Made by a program: the position numbers and the translations under genes. From Octopus vulgaris (Eukaryota): a DNA stretch of 64,000 bases. Under the pieces are notes generated by a model. The model was not told where the DNA came from. It saw nothing but the letters and a program-made list of their open reading frames with translations, and ran no database searches. Shown one piece after another: positions 11,890-25,560 of the stretch (position 1 is its first letter; every line of letters begins with the position of its first letter). The stretch is taken from NCBI GenBank assembly GCA_951406725.2, contig OX597826.1, forward strand, positions 65,038,001 to 65,102,000. Direction: 5' to 3'.

Positions 11890-14800
11890 GCTTGAAAGCT
11901 TTGGTTTAAGCATATTTCTGTCTTTCTGACTAACTGAAATTTGATTTCATATTTGTCTCATCCCCTCAAAAATTATTCTTTTAATTTTAAATTCATACTG
12001 ACTTTATTTTTATTCTCCTTATTCCAGAAATGACTACAGTCATCAATGGGAAATACCAAATTTAAAAAAAAGTGGGGGTAAGTTATTTTGTAAATTAAAT
12101 TTATCCTACAGGAAGCTTTGTCTTTTTTCAGAGCTAGAAAGCACTTCAGATATGTACAGCTGATAATGTTTATTTGAAGCACTGCTGAAACTTCCATTAT
12201 CTAGTTGTCTGTCAGTCAGTCTATCTGTCTCTAACTATCTATCTGTTTGTTTGTTTTACTCAGACAACCCCATCTCTTCTCATTTTTTGCACTCTGTCTT
12301 TTGGGGTTTTTTCCTTATTTTCATCTTGAATATCCTTTTGTCAAGAGCAAATTGGCTGATCGACAAACAGAAATCAATAAGTATGAAACTGAAATAAGCA
12401 CTAATGGGGTGAGGGTGTCAATATGATCAACTAACAACTATCAGATATGATTGTGCCTATAGCCACACCTATGTTTAAATCTACAATGTGCATGTAGGCA
12501 CAATGCACATATAGCTACACCTGTGCCTTTTGATGAACTTAAAAAAAGCCAGTAGGGAGTCTCTTGAGAAACTGTTTCATGATTTATTGACTGCTCCTCG
12601 GAAAAAAAAACATACCCAGTTTCCTTCCCCAGTTCATAGCATAGACTCTATGCTATCAGCACTCTGTGCCATAGAGTGAGCAGCTGCTATATTAATCATT
12701 GTTACAGGTAAGGATGTCTAATATTTAAATTTATTTTGATATTTCAGATTCATCATCATCATCATCATCATCATCATCGTCGTTTAACGTCCATTTTCCG
12801 CGCTATATTGTATTATGCATGAAATAATATTATAACATTAAATAAACTGGAAATTTATACATTTTCATTTGATTTTTCTTTTCAATTATTTCTTTTCTTT
12901 TTTTTTTTTTTTGCCTTAGGTATCTCCTGCTTAAATATGTTTGATATAACAAGTGATGGCGTTCCAGATGTTCTTGTTGGGCGTGATGATGGACTTATTG
13001 ATGTTTATGCTTTTGATGAATTTAGAGAACCTGTTCAAAAATACTCTCATGTAACTATTTTGTCTTTCTCTTCTGCAAAATATGTTGAACTAAATTCAAA
13101 ATGTGTAAAAAAATGTTCATAATACAAAAATAAAAAAGAAAATTAATAATTAGTGAAGCTGTGTGGGTAGGTAGTTCACCTTGTAACCATGTTGTTTTGG
13201 GGTTCAGTCCCACTGCATAGCACCTTGAGCAAGTGTTTTCTACTTTTGGCCTGGGCTTGCTGACTAGGTTCTAGGTAAATTCCACCATGGAAATTTCCAC
13301 CAGGAAAATTTCACCATAGGTAAATTCCACCACAGTATATGCCACCATGGTAAATTCCACCTGCTAATAATCACCTTGGTCAGTTTCTCTAGACTATGGG
13401 TCAATATCTATGTTATTTAATCTATCTCTCAAGTCTTAAGAAGAGAGAGAGTCTGAAGGTGAGATAGAAAATAATCTTTATAATCTACTTGAATTGAGAT
13501 GGGATCATTTTAATGTATTCCTATCAAGCAAGAAACTATGAAAAAGACTCATCACAAAATTTCAAAAATAATGTAATTTGGGATAAAGAAAGAAAAGATT
13601 ACATTTTAGCACACATTTTATTGTAACATTAGGATAAAAAATAACAGTGTGTACATTATTGTGAAGAAGAGTTAGGATAAGAAAGTTTAATTTATTTTTT
13701 AAAAAATTTCTTAAGACAAATTGTGTGCAATACTTCTTAAAAATTGCAGAGGGTCTTCATTTTGATATTCCTGAACTAGCTTCTTCAGTCATGCATCAAT
13801 AATTTGATAGGTCTTTTTTTTTTATTGTTGAGTCTTCATGTCAAACGTGTGCAATTTTTGTCTGGCTTCATCCTACCTCAGATTTAAGAGCAGTGCATAG
13901 TTTCCACAAATTTGGATGTGGGGATGTTAGTGATGAGCGCAAATCATTGTGGAACCTTTCTAAATAATGTTTTGATAATGATGATGGTGGTGGTGGTGAT
14001 GATGATGATGATGATGATAATGGTGGTGGCGGCGGTGGTGGCGGTGGCAACGACGACAACGATTTCACCTATGGTGAAATTTACCATGGTGGAATATACC
14101 GTGGTGGAATTTACCTTTGGTGAAATATATAATTGTGCAGGGAACACTTGGAAAGGGAAGATGTGGGGTGAAGTGGTTGAAAGGATTTTCAGATGTTGGG
14201 CCTCACAGGGGATGACAGGAGACTGAAATTCCTGGCAGTTTGCTGTGCTTGAGAAGACATCAAACTATGTAAAAAGCATTGGTTGTCCTTGCATACAAGC
14301 ATGTCTCCTGCATCTCTCTTCAACTGAGTGTTCCTAATCTGGTGGGCTCATGGGTGCTGGTGCCATGTAAAAAGCACCTGTACCAGTGCCACATAAAATC
14401 ACCCATACTGGTGCTGTGTAAAAGCACCCAGTATGGTCTGTGAATTGGCTGGTGTTTGGAAGGGCATCCAGCTGTAGAAATCATGCCAAACAGACATGGA
14501 CACCAGGCAACTCTTCAGCTGGCCAGCTCCTTTCAAACTGTCCAACCCATGCCAGCATGGAAAGAGGGTATTAAATGATGATGGTGATGATTATGATAAT
14601 ATGTGTGTGTGTGGCCTGGTGGTTAGAGTATTGCACCCGTCATCACTAGAACATGGGTTCCATTCCCAGACTGGAATTGTGTTCTTGAGTAAAATACTTC
14701 ATTTCACATTCCAGTCCACTCAGCTGTAAATGGGTAACTCTGCAATGGAATGGCCTTCCTCTCAGGGGGAATGTTGGCCTGCTTGCCTAGCCAGTGGGAT

Positions 14801-15429
14801 AGTGTCATTTGAAAGCTAAAACAATATCCATACCATGATGTGCCATACTAATACATACACCAACTAATACACACTAATACGTACTAATACATACTAGTAC
14901 ATACTAATACATACACCAACCCTATACATACACACGTCCAGACCCCGCATACGCACTTATACTCTCTCATACACACACACACTTATACATACTAATACAT
15001 ACTAATACATACACCAACCCCATACATACGCACGTCCAGACCAATCCTACGCACTAATACTCTCTCATACACACACACACACACCCTTATACATACTAAT
15101 ACATACACCAACCCTATACATACACACATCCAGACCCCTCCTACGCACTATTAGCTGGTCCCTCAACCCTATTATCAACCCTATTATCTCCCCTTATTTC
15201 GCTCTCGCGTCTCATGTTTGATCTTTGACCTCTGGCCGAAATCAGATCGCCATGTTGATTCGTTAGCTACTGCACGCATTTTTTTCTCTCCTTCTTTCTG
15301 TGTTTTTTTTCTCTCTGTGTATCTTTCTGTTGAAGAGCGTAGGCTCGAAACGTTAAAGACTTGTTTTATTTATATTTCCTGAGCGCCATACTAATACAAT
15401 TGTTTGTTTATTTTCATAAAGCTTCCCGT

Positions 15430-15460
<31 letters not shown>

Positions 15461-15725
15461 TCCATACTGTAAAGTGGTTATAATTTGGAAGGCCATCCAG
15501 CTGTAAAAACCATGCCAAAAAACTGACCTCACCTGCGCTGGTGCCACTTAAAACACACTCAGCCCACTCTGCAGAGTGGTTGGTATTACAAAGGGCATCT
15601 AACCTTAAAAAAACTATGCCAAAACAGGCAGAAGTATGGTACAGGCTTCTGCCTGGCAACTCCTGTCAAACCATACAACCCATGCCAGCATGAAAAGAGG
15701 GTGTTGAACGATGATGATAATGATG

Positions 15726-15756
<31 letters not shown>

Positions 15757-15847
15757 TACGTACATACATGTGTGTGTGGTGTGTGTCTGTTCTCTTTTGC
15801 TCTTTTTTTATGCATTGCAATACACCAGAACACTGCATACAATAAGC

Positions 15848-15900
<53 letters not shown>

Positions 15901-16104
15901 CAGGCATGTACTGAAAGTATTACATCAATACAAGGAGGTGTTGTTAGTGCAGCTAACTATCCTGAAATTGTGTGTTCTACATATCCAGGTATGTATGGCC
16001 ATACTAATTCTGAAATCTAATGTGGAACATTTTTTTCTTTCTTTCCTTTTATGTTGTTTCTAGGAGCTGATGCACTTTGTATTTTAAGAAAGCTGTTGTT
16101 GTTG

Positions 16105-16145
<41 letters not shown>

Positions 16146-19100
16146 GAGTTGGGTAAACAATAATGATGGTTTGGGAGATGTAGGTTTCCTTTTGGCAGAG
16201 AAATGAATAAATAAAGTAACTGAGTTAGTGTATGATCGGATAATTAAGCTTAGGCTAGCCTTGGAAAATACTACGGTAACATTTATCTCTGCATGTGTTC
16301 CTCAATTGGGAGTAGCAGATGAACAAAAGGACCAATTATATGAGGAGCCCAGCATAGAGACAGAATGCCTGTAGGCCAGAAGCTGGGGAAGCATGTCCAT
16401 TAGTAACTGAATGCCAATTAGTTGAGTGACTCTTCTTTGGATGTGATCCAGGCTATTAGTATGCATAGTAGTATCACTGACCCAGATGTGGGTGCATTGC
16501 TGCATTGTTAGCTTTATTTGAGCCTTGTAGAGTACCAATAGCTGTTGGTGCATGGAATATCTTTTAGTCCCGAAGAGAAGAGCCGGTCTTTGGAATGCAG
16601 TCAAAGCTGTAGTAAGAATGTGCTTTCACCAGGAGTGATCTTTGGTAATAGTAAGGCACAGCATTTGGTGTAACTGTGAGGTTTAATCATAATTAATTGT
16701 AGTCAAGAAAATGATAAATTTTGAAATATTTCAATGTCATGTCAATCAGTATTGACTGATGAAAATAAACTGGGAATATAAATTGATTTTAAAAAATTCA
16801 TTTTGTAATTATTTCCATTGATTAAACATATATATAACAAGCTAATATTATTTACAGCTCTATTCTAGAAGACAATAAGATGGATATTTAATTACAGTCT
16901 GTTACAGAAATACATTTTTAATTCTTTAAATTTTAGCTTGTGGAATATTATCGTTTCTTTTAATTATTGTTTTTTTTTTAAATTCAAATTTATATTTAAA
17001 ATTTCTTTTATAGGAATTGTTTCAGGTCTTACAACTAAGAAACAAATCTACCATGTAGGTCCTGATGGCTTTGCCCTGACTAATCGGGGAAAGGCTCAGA
17101 TAAAGGCCTTAAGGTAACTTCTCAGATTTTGAGAGGAATCATATTTACACTCCATTACTAAATACTGACTAACCAATATTAAATTGCATGAGGATGATGG
17201 TAATGAGGCTGAGCATGACAGTCAAAAGCACATGCATAGTACACATAAACACAAAAGACAGGAAAGTGCTTAGTAAATGAGCCGTAAGGAGGAAAGCATT
17301 CATAGGTACATCAGGAGTGATTTGGGGAAGCATAGTGTTTAAGGATATGTATCACGGAAAAACATTAAACCACATTTTTTTTTTTAATGTCATTCACATT
17401 AAATTTTGGTCAAGGTATACCCTTATACATTTTACAAGTAAAAGCAACAAGAAATGGCTGGTAATTTCTTTCTGTAAGCAATTCCTTGGAAGAGAGGTTG
17501 AACTATAAATTTCTAGAATGTGTAAGCTCTACTTTGACTCTTTGAAAATTTTATAGAAATTTAATATTTCTCAATTTTTAACCTTTAACCTTGACAATAA
17601 TCTCTCCACACTAAATGAGCTAATCAATGTCTGAGATAGAAACATGTTTAATTCACATAACTAATATATATTCTACTTACAGCATGTCTTTTTTTTTAAT
17701 TTTTTCCTTTTAGGTTCTGAAGTTGTTCTTGTAACTTCAATTGTTTGTTTTTCTCTTTCTATTTTGTCTTTTGCATGCATCAATTGCTTCTAGGCTGGGT
17801 GATGGGACTGACTACTGATCCTTCAACCAGTCATGGAGAATTGGCCTCAGATTCTTTTGACCAATTTGCTAAAACCAAAATACTTGGGCTCAAGTAGGTT
17901 CATCACTGTAGTAATTATGTTCTTATAATTTTTACACACTAGTTTCATTTGATATAAATGTTTAAAGCACCATTTTGAATTAATAGTTTATAGATCTGTG
18001 CAAGCATCAACAGTCTTTACCAAACCCCCAACACAATCTTTTGCCTCTTACTAACTTCCTAATTTGCAACAAATACCTCTCTGCTTTTACCCCAGCTTTC
18101 TAAGCTTCTTTCCACAATCTAAATAAATGCAGACTCCAGTTGTGGAAAGGAGTCCTCATACTGTATCTTCTCTCGACATTTCTCCTCAAATCATCACCCT
18201 CTCCTATTCTCTCTTTCAGTCATGGAGATTCTTTCCCTTTACAAGTTACAAGGTGACCTCACTAGTGTTGGTGCCACACAAAAAAATACTCAGTCCAGTC
18301 TGTGAAATGGTTGGTGAATCGAACAGAGACAATGCAAGGTTGAGAGGACTCTTTAGTCTTGCTGAGCAAAAGGCAACTTCTATAGTTTTGGTGCCATGAA
18401 AAAAGTACCCAGTATACTTTGTAAAGTAGTTTGTGAAGTCCATACCAAAACTGAGACAATATAGCAAGACAAGGTTCTCCGACTTAACAGATCCTGTCAA
18501 AGTGACCAACCCATGCCAACTTGGAAAGCAGTTAAGAAATAATAATGATGATGATGGTGAGAATGAAGGTAGCAGGAGTAGCAGTAATAATGATGACAAT
18601 GGCTATTTTTATTGGATTGACAGAATCGTTAGAGCATCCGAAAAAATACTTTGTGGTGTTTGTTCTTGCTCCTTATGTTCTAGTTCAAATCCTGCTGAGA
18701 TCAGCTTTGCCTTTTATCCTCTCGGGGCCGATAAAATAAGATATTAGTCAAGTACTGTGGTTGATAATATCAACTAATTCTCTCTTTGCAAAATTTCTGA
18801 CCTTGTACCTAAATCAGAAACAATTATTGTTGTTGCTCTTTATGAACCACTCGTAATAATTTAGGTCTTTGTAATTTTAACAAAGTCCAGGTGAAATATT
18901 TCTTTCAGAAGCTAACCTTGCTTCTCAAACATTAATTTTTTTTTTTTGACTAATCACCAACTTGTGTTATTACAGATCGGTTCATGTTGAGTGTAACATA
19001 GTTATCCCGGATCAGTGATGCATGAGTTAGAGATAAACAAGGATCATCATCATCATCGTTTAATGTCTGCTTTCCATATTGGCATGGGTTGGATGGTTTG

Positions 19101-22100
19101 ACTGAAGACTGGCAAGCCAGAAGGCTGCACCGGGCTCCAATCTGATCTAGCAAGGTTTCTACAGCTGGATACCCTTCCGAACACCAACCACTCTGAAAGT
19201 GTAGTAGGTGCTTTTTACATGCCATTGGCATGAGGACAGTCAGACAATACTGGCATCGATCACACTCAAATGGTGCTTTTTACATGCCACCAGCACTGGA
19301 GCCAGTCAAGTGGCACTGGCAATGACCACACTCAAATGGTCCTTTTTACGTGCCACTGACACATTGTAATTAGAGGATAGATGTATTTTAAAGTTACATT
19401 TCAACTATTTATATTTATACAATGGAGCTAATCTAAAGATATGTATGTGTGAATTATTATTTTGTATTTCAATGAATTATGAATAATAAATAAAATTATA
19501 TGAAAATTTTCTGTAATTATTATAAATATTTTCTTAACCTTAACCCTCTTTGTTATCATATTTCTGTTGAAATATACTAAATTTAGCTCATTTAATTTTG
19601 AAAGAAAATAATGAAGACTTTAGTAAAATAACTTGGTTGTTATTAAGCTGGTGTTTGAAACATGAAATTTTTGTGGAAGATTTTAATTTCAAAATACTTC
19701 AGAACAGGAAATTTGTAGCATAGAACTTGGGGCAGTCTTGAGTGGGTTACTATTGAAAGAATTAAATACAGTCAGTGAATTTTTTAAAAATATATTCTAT
19801 GAAATTCCTCCAGACTGTAATTATATCCATCTTTAATGAAATGTCTCACTTCATAAAATGTTTAATTAATTAATATGTCACAGGTTGCATCATGCTGATG
19901 ATTTCTAAAAAGAATGAAACAGTATTGGGGCGGGGTCGATAAATTAAGTAGAAGTTGCATACTGGGGTTGATCTAATCGACTGACCCCCTCCCCCAAAAT
20001 TTCAGGCCTTGTGCCTAGAGTAAAAAAGAATGTATGTTTGTAAAATAATAATATTACACTTATTGCATATGTTTAAGCTTAAAGGCAGTGTTTAACCCTG
20101 TGGTTGTTTTGACAGGCAAGAGCTAGAAGAAATACAGAAAACTGTCAGCAAACAACGAGAAAAATACCAGCACAATGTTAATACAAAAGTTTATATGGCA
20201 TCACTCCGTTCCTTTCATGTGAATACTAGTTTTGTACTAAATAAAGATGATGCCAGTTACCAGTTGAGTATAGAACTGCAAATACCCATTGAAAATATCC
20301 TTATACAGGTACATCAATTTTAAAGAATTTTATTTAGTATTGGTTTCCATTGTATTACTCTATTTTGAATCACCATCTTCAAAAAATTACAAATATAATT
20401 ACATGGGGCAGTATATATTGAAACTAGATGCTGTGTGGTCAAGAAGTTTGCTTCCAAACCATGTGGAATCAGGTTCAGCCCTACTGCATAGCACCTTGGG
20501 CAAGTGTCTTCTACTATAGCCCCAGACTGATCATAGCTCTGTCAGTGGATTTGGTAGTCAGAAACTGAAAGAAGCCTAAGGTGACAAGCTGGCAGAAACG
20601 TTAGCACACTGAGTGAAATGCTTAGTGGTGTTTCGTCTGCTGCTATGTTTTGAGTTCAAATTCCACCAAGGTCAACTTTGCCTTTCTTTCTTTCAGGGTC
20701 GATTAAATAAGTACCAGCTATGCACTGGGGTCAATGTAATCGACTTAATACGTTTGTCTGTCCTTGTTTTCCCCCTCTGTGTGTAGCCCCTTGTGGGCAG
20801 TAAAGAAATAAGAAACTTAAAGAAGCCTGTTATCTGTGTGTGTCATTGCCTCGACATCATGCTGTAGTTATGAGTTTCATCATTATAACAAGCAGTGTCT
20901 TGTATCCAGTCATCTGTGAAAACGTTATACTCCTAGGAAACAGATAAAGGCTGGCAACAGGAAGTGCATCCAGCCATAGAAAATCTGCCTCAATGAATTC
21001 TGTTGACAAAGAGAAAAGAAAAAAACAAAACAAAAAAATTAAGGATGAAATTAGCCAAAGGAAAACCACTTAACACACACACATTCAGATTTTCTGTAAA
21101 ACTTCCAATGAAAGACACCAACTTCTTCCTTATAAAGAACTTCTCCAACATAGTTGACATTGCTTATAATTATCTTACATGAGTTGTCAGCCCAAAAGAC
21201 ATCTAAAATGTCGACCTAAGGCTAGGAGTAGAAAAACCCTCCTTGTCACATTGCAGCTATCCATTCCCTTATTCCAACATATTTCTCATGATTTCTTCTT
21301 TGTACGTTCCAATCTATTAATGGTTTCCTATAAAAGTTAAAGCCATTTTGTTTGTATAACAGAGCTAGGTGTTTCAAACTTGGCATCTACTTTTCCACTA
21401 CTTGAGTAAAATATGTTCCCAAGTTATAGAAGAGTATGAGTGTAGAAGAAGACTCTGAGAATAGTGTAAGTGTTGGCTGAGTGTTCCAGTCATCTACTGA
21501 TGATTTCATTATGATCACCTTCTAATTAATTAATTAACCTTTCAACTGTGAAATTAAATTTCATGATTATTACAGTAATGATGTTAAATATCTACCAAGA
21601 AATAGAATTGATATTTTCTGCAAATCTCAATAAATTTGACATATTTCAACAAAATATAGTATTAGCCCTTTCGTTACCGTATTTTGAGATGTTCTGGGTT
21701 TCTTTCAATTATTTTAGACATAACAAAGAATTTAGTATATAAAACTGCTTTCTGCTGTTAAGGATAATTAAATTTTGAGTGAACATATCTGGCTCCTGCA
21801 GTAAAAGGGTTAAAGATTTAATGTAGAGGAAGTTTGAGTTGTTTTTGATATGACATAATGAAAAATTCAAATTCATATTTTTATTTATTTGTATTATTTC
21901 TTCAGAGTGATGTTCCTGTGTATATGATTGATGTTGATAAAAATTTATCTGTTGCTAGCTTTAGTGCCTGTAACCCTCAGGTAAGACTATAAACATTTTA
22001 ATTGTTATCTGAATAAAAAATGAAACATTTTTTCCCCATGATTTATATTTCTTAATCAAATTTTAATTATTTAATCCAAACAATATTACTTATATATTTT

Positions 22101-25100
22101 TCCATAACAAAAGAAATCAAAATTGAGTGCTCATTTTTTTTTTCTTTATATTAAATGCTTTTCATATTGTGACAGTGTATTAAATAATTAGTTACCATCA
22201 GTTAAAATGCTTAGCAGCATTTCTCTACATACTCAGTTCAAATACTGCCAAGGTGAACTTTGTCTTTCATCCTTTCAGGGTCATTAAAATAACGCCCCAA
22301 TAGAGCACTGGGGTTTGATGTCATCAACTAACCCCTCGCCCCCTATTAAAATTGCTGGTTTTTTGCCAAAATTGAAATCATTATTTCATGTAACTACAAC
22401 TTATTTTTATCTTAAATTACATGCTTCAGTGTGTTCATTACATTTCTAATGATTTATTTTGCTATTTCTTTTCACAACAGGATGGTAACTGTCTGTTGGC
22501 TACGTACCGATGCCAGTCAAATACAACTCGTATTGACTTAAAAGTCCGTACCATCGAAGGTCAACATGGAACGTTACAAGCGTACATCACACCTCGTACC
22601 CAGCCCAAAACCTGTCAGATAAAACAGTTTCAAATTAAACCTTTATCATTACACACCAGAACACATTCTTTTGATTCAGCAAGGTATTTCCATTTCCTTT
22701 TATGTACTTACAACAACGCATGCATATTTAAGTATTATGTTTTTGCTCATACACACACACACACACACTCATAAATATATATCTAATAAGTGCAAGCATT
22801 GCCTTTATGACTAAGAAGTTTCTTTCTGAGCCATGTGTTGGGGATTCAGTCTCACTGTATGAATGTTATCAACCCTATACCTTGTGAGTGTAATTAGTAG
22901 ACAGAAATTAAAGAAGTCTGTCTTGCATATACATATGTATGTATGTATGCATGCATGTCTGCATGTATGGACAGGTGGATGGTCAGACAGACAGATGGAT
23001 GGAAGTTCAATATCACTGCACCACACCTTGGGCAAGTATCTTCTACTACAGCTCTAAGCCAACCAAAGCCTTGTGGGTAGATTTGATAGATGTACGCATG
23101 CACACACACCCAAACACATACACATATATACAATGTGCTTCTTTCAGTTTCCATACACACACACATATAGGTACATGTAGACAGATGCATGTAGATATAC
23201 ATACATATATATATATATGCTTGTGTGTATGAATGTGTGTGTGTGTATGTATGTATGTATTTATGCGTGTATATCTACATGTGTCAATCTTTGTTTTTGT
23301 GTTTTTCCTCCACCACTGCTTGCAGCCACTGTTGCTTTGTTAACATCCCCGTAACCTAGTGGTTTGGCAAAAGAGCCCAATAGGATAAGTACTGGGGATC
23401 AATTACTTCAGCTAAACCCATCAAGGTGGTGCCCCAGCATGGCCACTGTGATTGAAACAAGTAAAAGATAAACAGATTAATTGTTTATACATTTATAATT
23501 TGGCAATTTTGTAAAACAGGTTTTGTTTTGTCTCATTTAAAGGCCATTTAATTCTTTGAAATTGAAAGGTCAGTTTAGCTTTATGGAAGCCCATTCTTGG
23601 GGGAGTTCTTGCCTACCAGAATTTCCTGAAAAGCCTCCAATGGAAGAGACTGCTGTTCACTATTTCATCTCTGCTTTTCAACAAACAATGCTGGAATGTT
23701 CTTACAGGTCAGAACAATTGATTTATTTATTTGCATTATTAAGATTATTTTTCAACTAAATTTTTGTTTTTCAGAAAAATAAGGTTAATCCATAAGGTTC
23801 AGCCATGATTCAGTGTGCCATGAAAAGAATTTGAGTTTTACCATTTTGATATCCAACGACTGTACTCAGAGACTGCAATGCATCCCGTTACTTGTATGCT
23901 TCGAGAGAATCAGCTCAGTCTGTTTCATCATGTTGCTTGGTTTTCTTAGATCACGCTTACTGTGTTCTCTTCCTTGAGGATGTCACTCAGGTGATGGTTT
24001 GTGTTAGTTGACCTCATGCCACATGGTCATGATGGTTGAGGAAGTGTAAAGATGGAGTCTGACTGCAACACTGCTCAGAGGGTTGCCTGGGACAACCCAA
24101 GCAAATACTAACTAGTGGTAAATGCAGTGACGTGCTGAAACAGTGCCTACCCCTGTACCTGATCTGACATTTTGGTATATCAGATTGAGTAAGCAACATT
24201 TTGAACCGTGAAGAATTTGTACTGGATTTTTGTAGAGTTATAGCCCCAGGATGCATACTGACTTCCACAACTGAAATGTAAACACCAAATTGGGAAAATG
24301 AATCACTAAATAGAAAATTTGAATTACCAAATTAACTAACAATGAAAAGTATGTATTCATTTATTTATTTATTTGTTTATTTATTCATTGCAGTAAAGGA
24401 GAAATATTATTTCGTTCTGAAAATATCTCAACTATTTCTATCTTGAAAGATTTCATTACAACAGAAGCAACTAAAAAGAAAATTCATCTCACCATTACAT
24501 GTGGTAAGTTTGTATGATTGTTTTTTTGTTTTACATTTTTTCCATAGTGGCATAGGTTAGATGAATACATCAAGACATTATTTTGTCATTAGATGAATAT
24601 ATCAAGACATTATTTTGTAACCATATGCCCCATCTGTTGTTAACTCTTGCCTGTTTTTAAAGAAAGGTAGTTTACTTTCCAGTTACCTTCAAAACTTCAG
24701 AGTTTGTAGACAACTTTGTTGGCAGAGAAATGCCAATAGGCATAGGAGTTGCTGTGTGGTAAGTAGCTTGCTTACCAACTACATGGTTCCAGGTTCAGTC
24801 CCACTGCATGGCACCTTGGGCAAGTGTCTTCTACTATAGCCTCGGGCCGACCAAAGCCTTGTGAGTGGATTTGGTAGATGGAAACTGAAAGAAGCCCGTT
24901 GTATATATGTGTATATATATATATATATGTGTATGTATGTGTGTTTGTGTATATGTTTGTGTGTCTGTGTTTGTCCCCCCAACATCGCTTGACAACCAAT
25001 GCTGGTGTATTTACGCCCCTGTAACTTAGCAGTTCAGCAAAACAGACCGATAGAATAAGTACTAGGCTTACAAAATATAAGTCCTGGGGTCAATTTGCTC

Positions 25101-25529
25101 AACTAACGGCGGTGCTCCAGCATGGCCACAGTCAAATGATTGAAACAAGTAAAAGAGTAAAAGAGATGTTACTGTCCATAGTTCAGTGATTTTTTTTTAA
25201 ATGCAAAACACAGAAGATAAGCATTTATGCAGTTACACACACACTGCTTCAACAAACTCCATCTGAGCCATACAAGCATGGAAAATCATCAGCAGCATCA
25301 TCATCGTTTCAACATCCACTTTTCTGTATTTGCATGCATTGGAAAGAATTTGTCGAGGCACACTTTCTGTGGCTGGAAGTCCTTCCTGTCACCAACCCTT
25401 ACCTGTTTCCAAGTAAGGTAATATTTCCTCATGCCTAGACAATGTTTTTCATGGAAGATTGGAGACAAAGGACACCATTTGTATGACAGTGATGCTCGTT
25501 TTCAATTGTCACGTGATATCAAGATAAGG

Positions 25530-25560
<31 letters not shown>

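Noticed and set aside
13868-16063. Low-complexity ORFs (poly-P/S, poly-M/V, poly-L, poly-I)
   Set aside because: Translations of trinucleotide microsatellites; only the BBS7 exon 10 and MULE remnant parts are meaningful.
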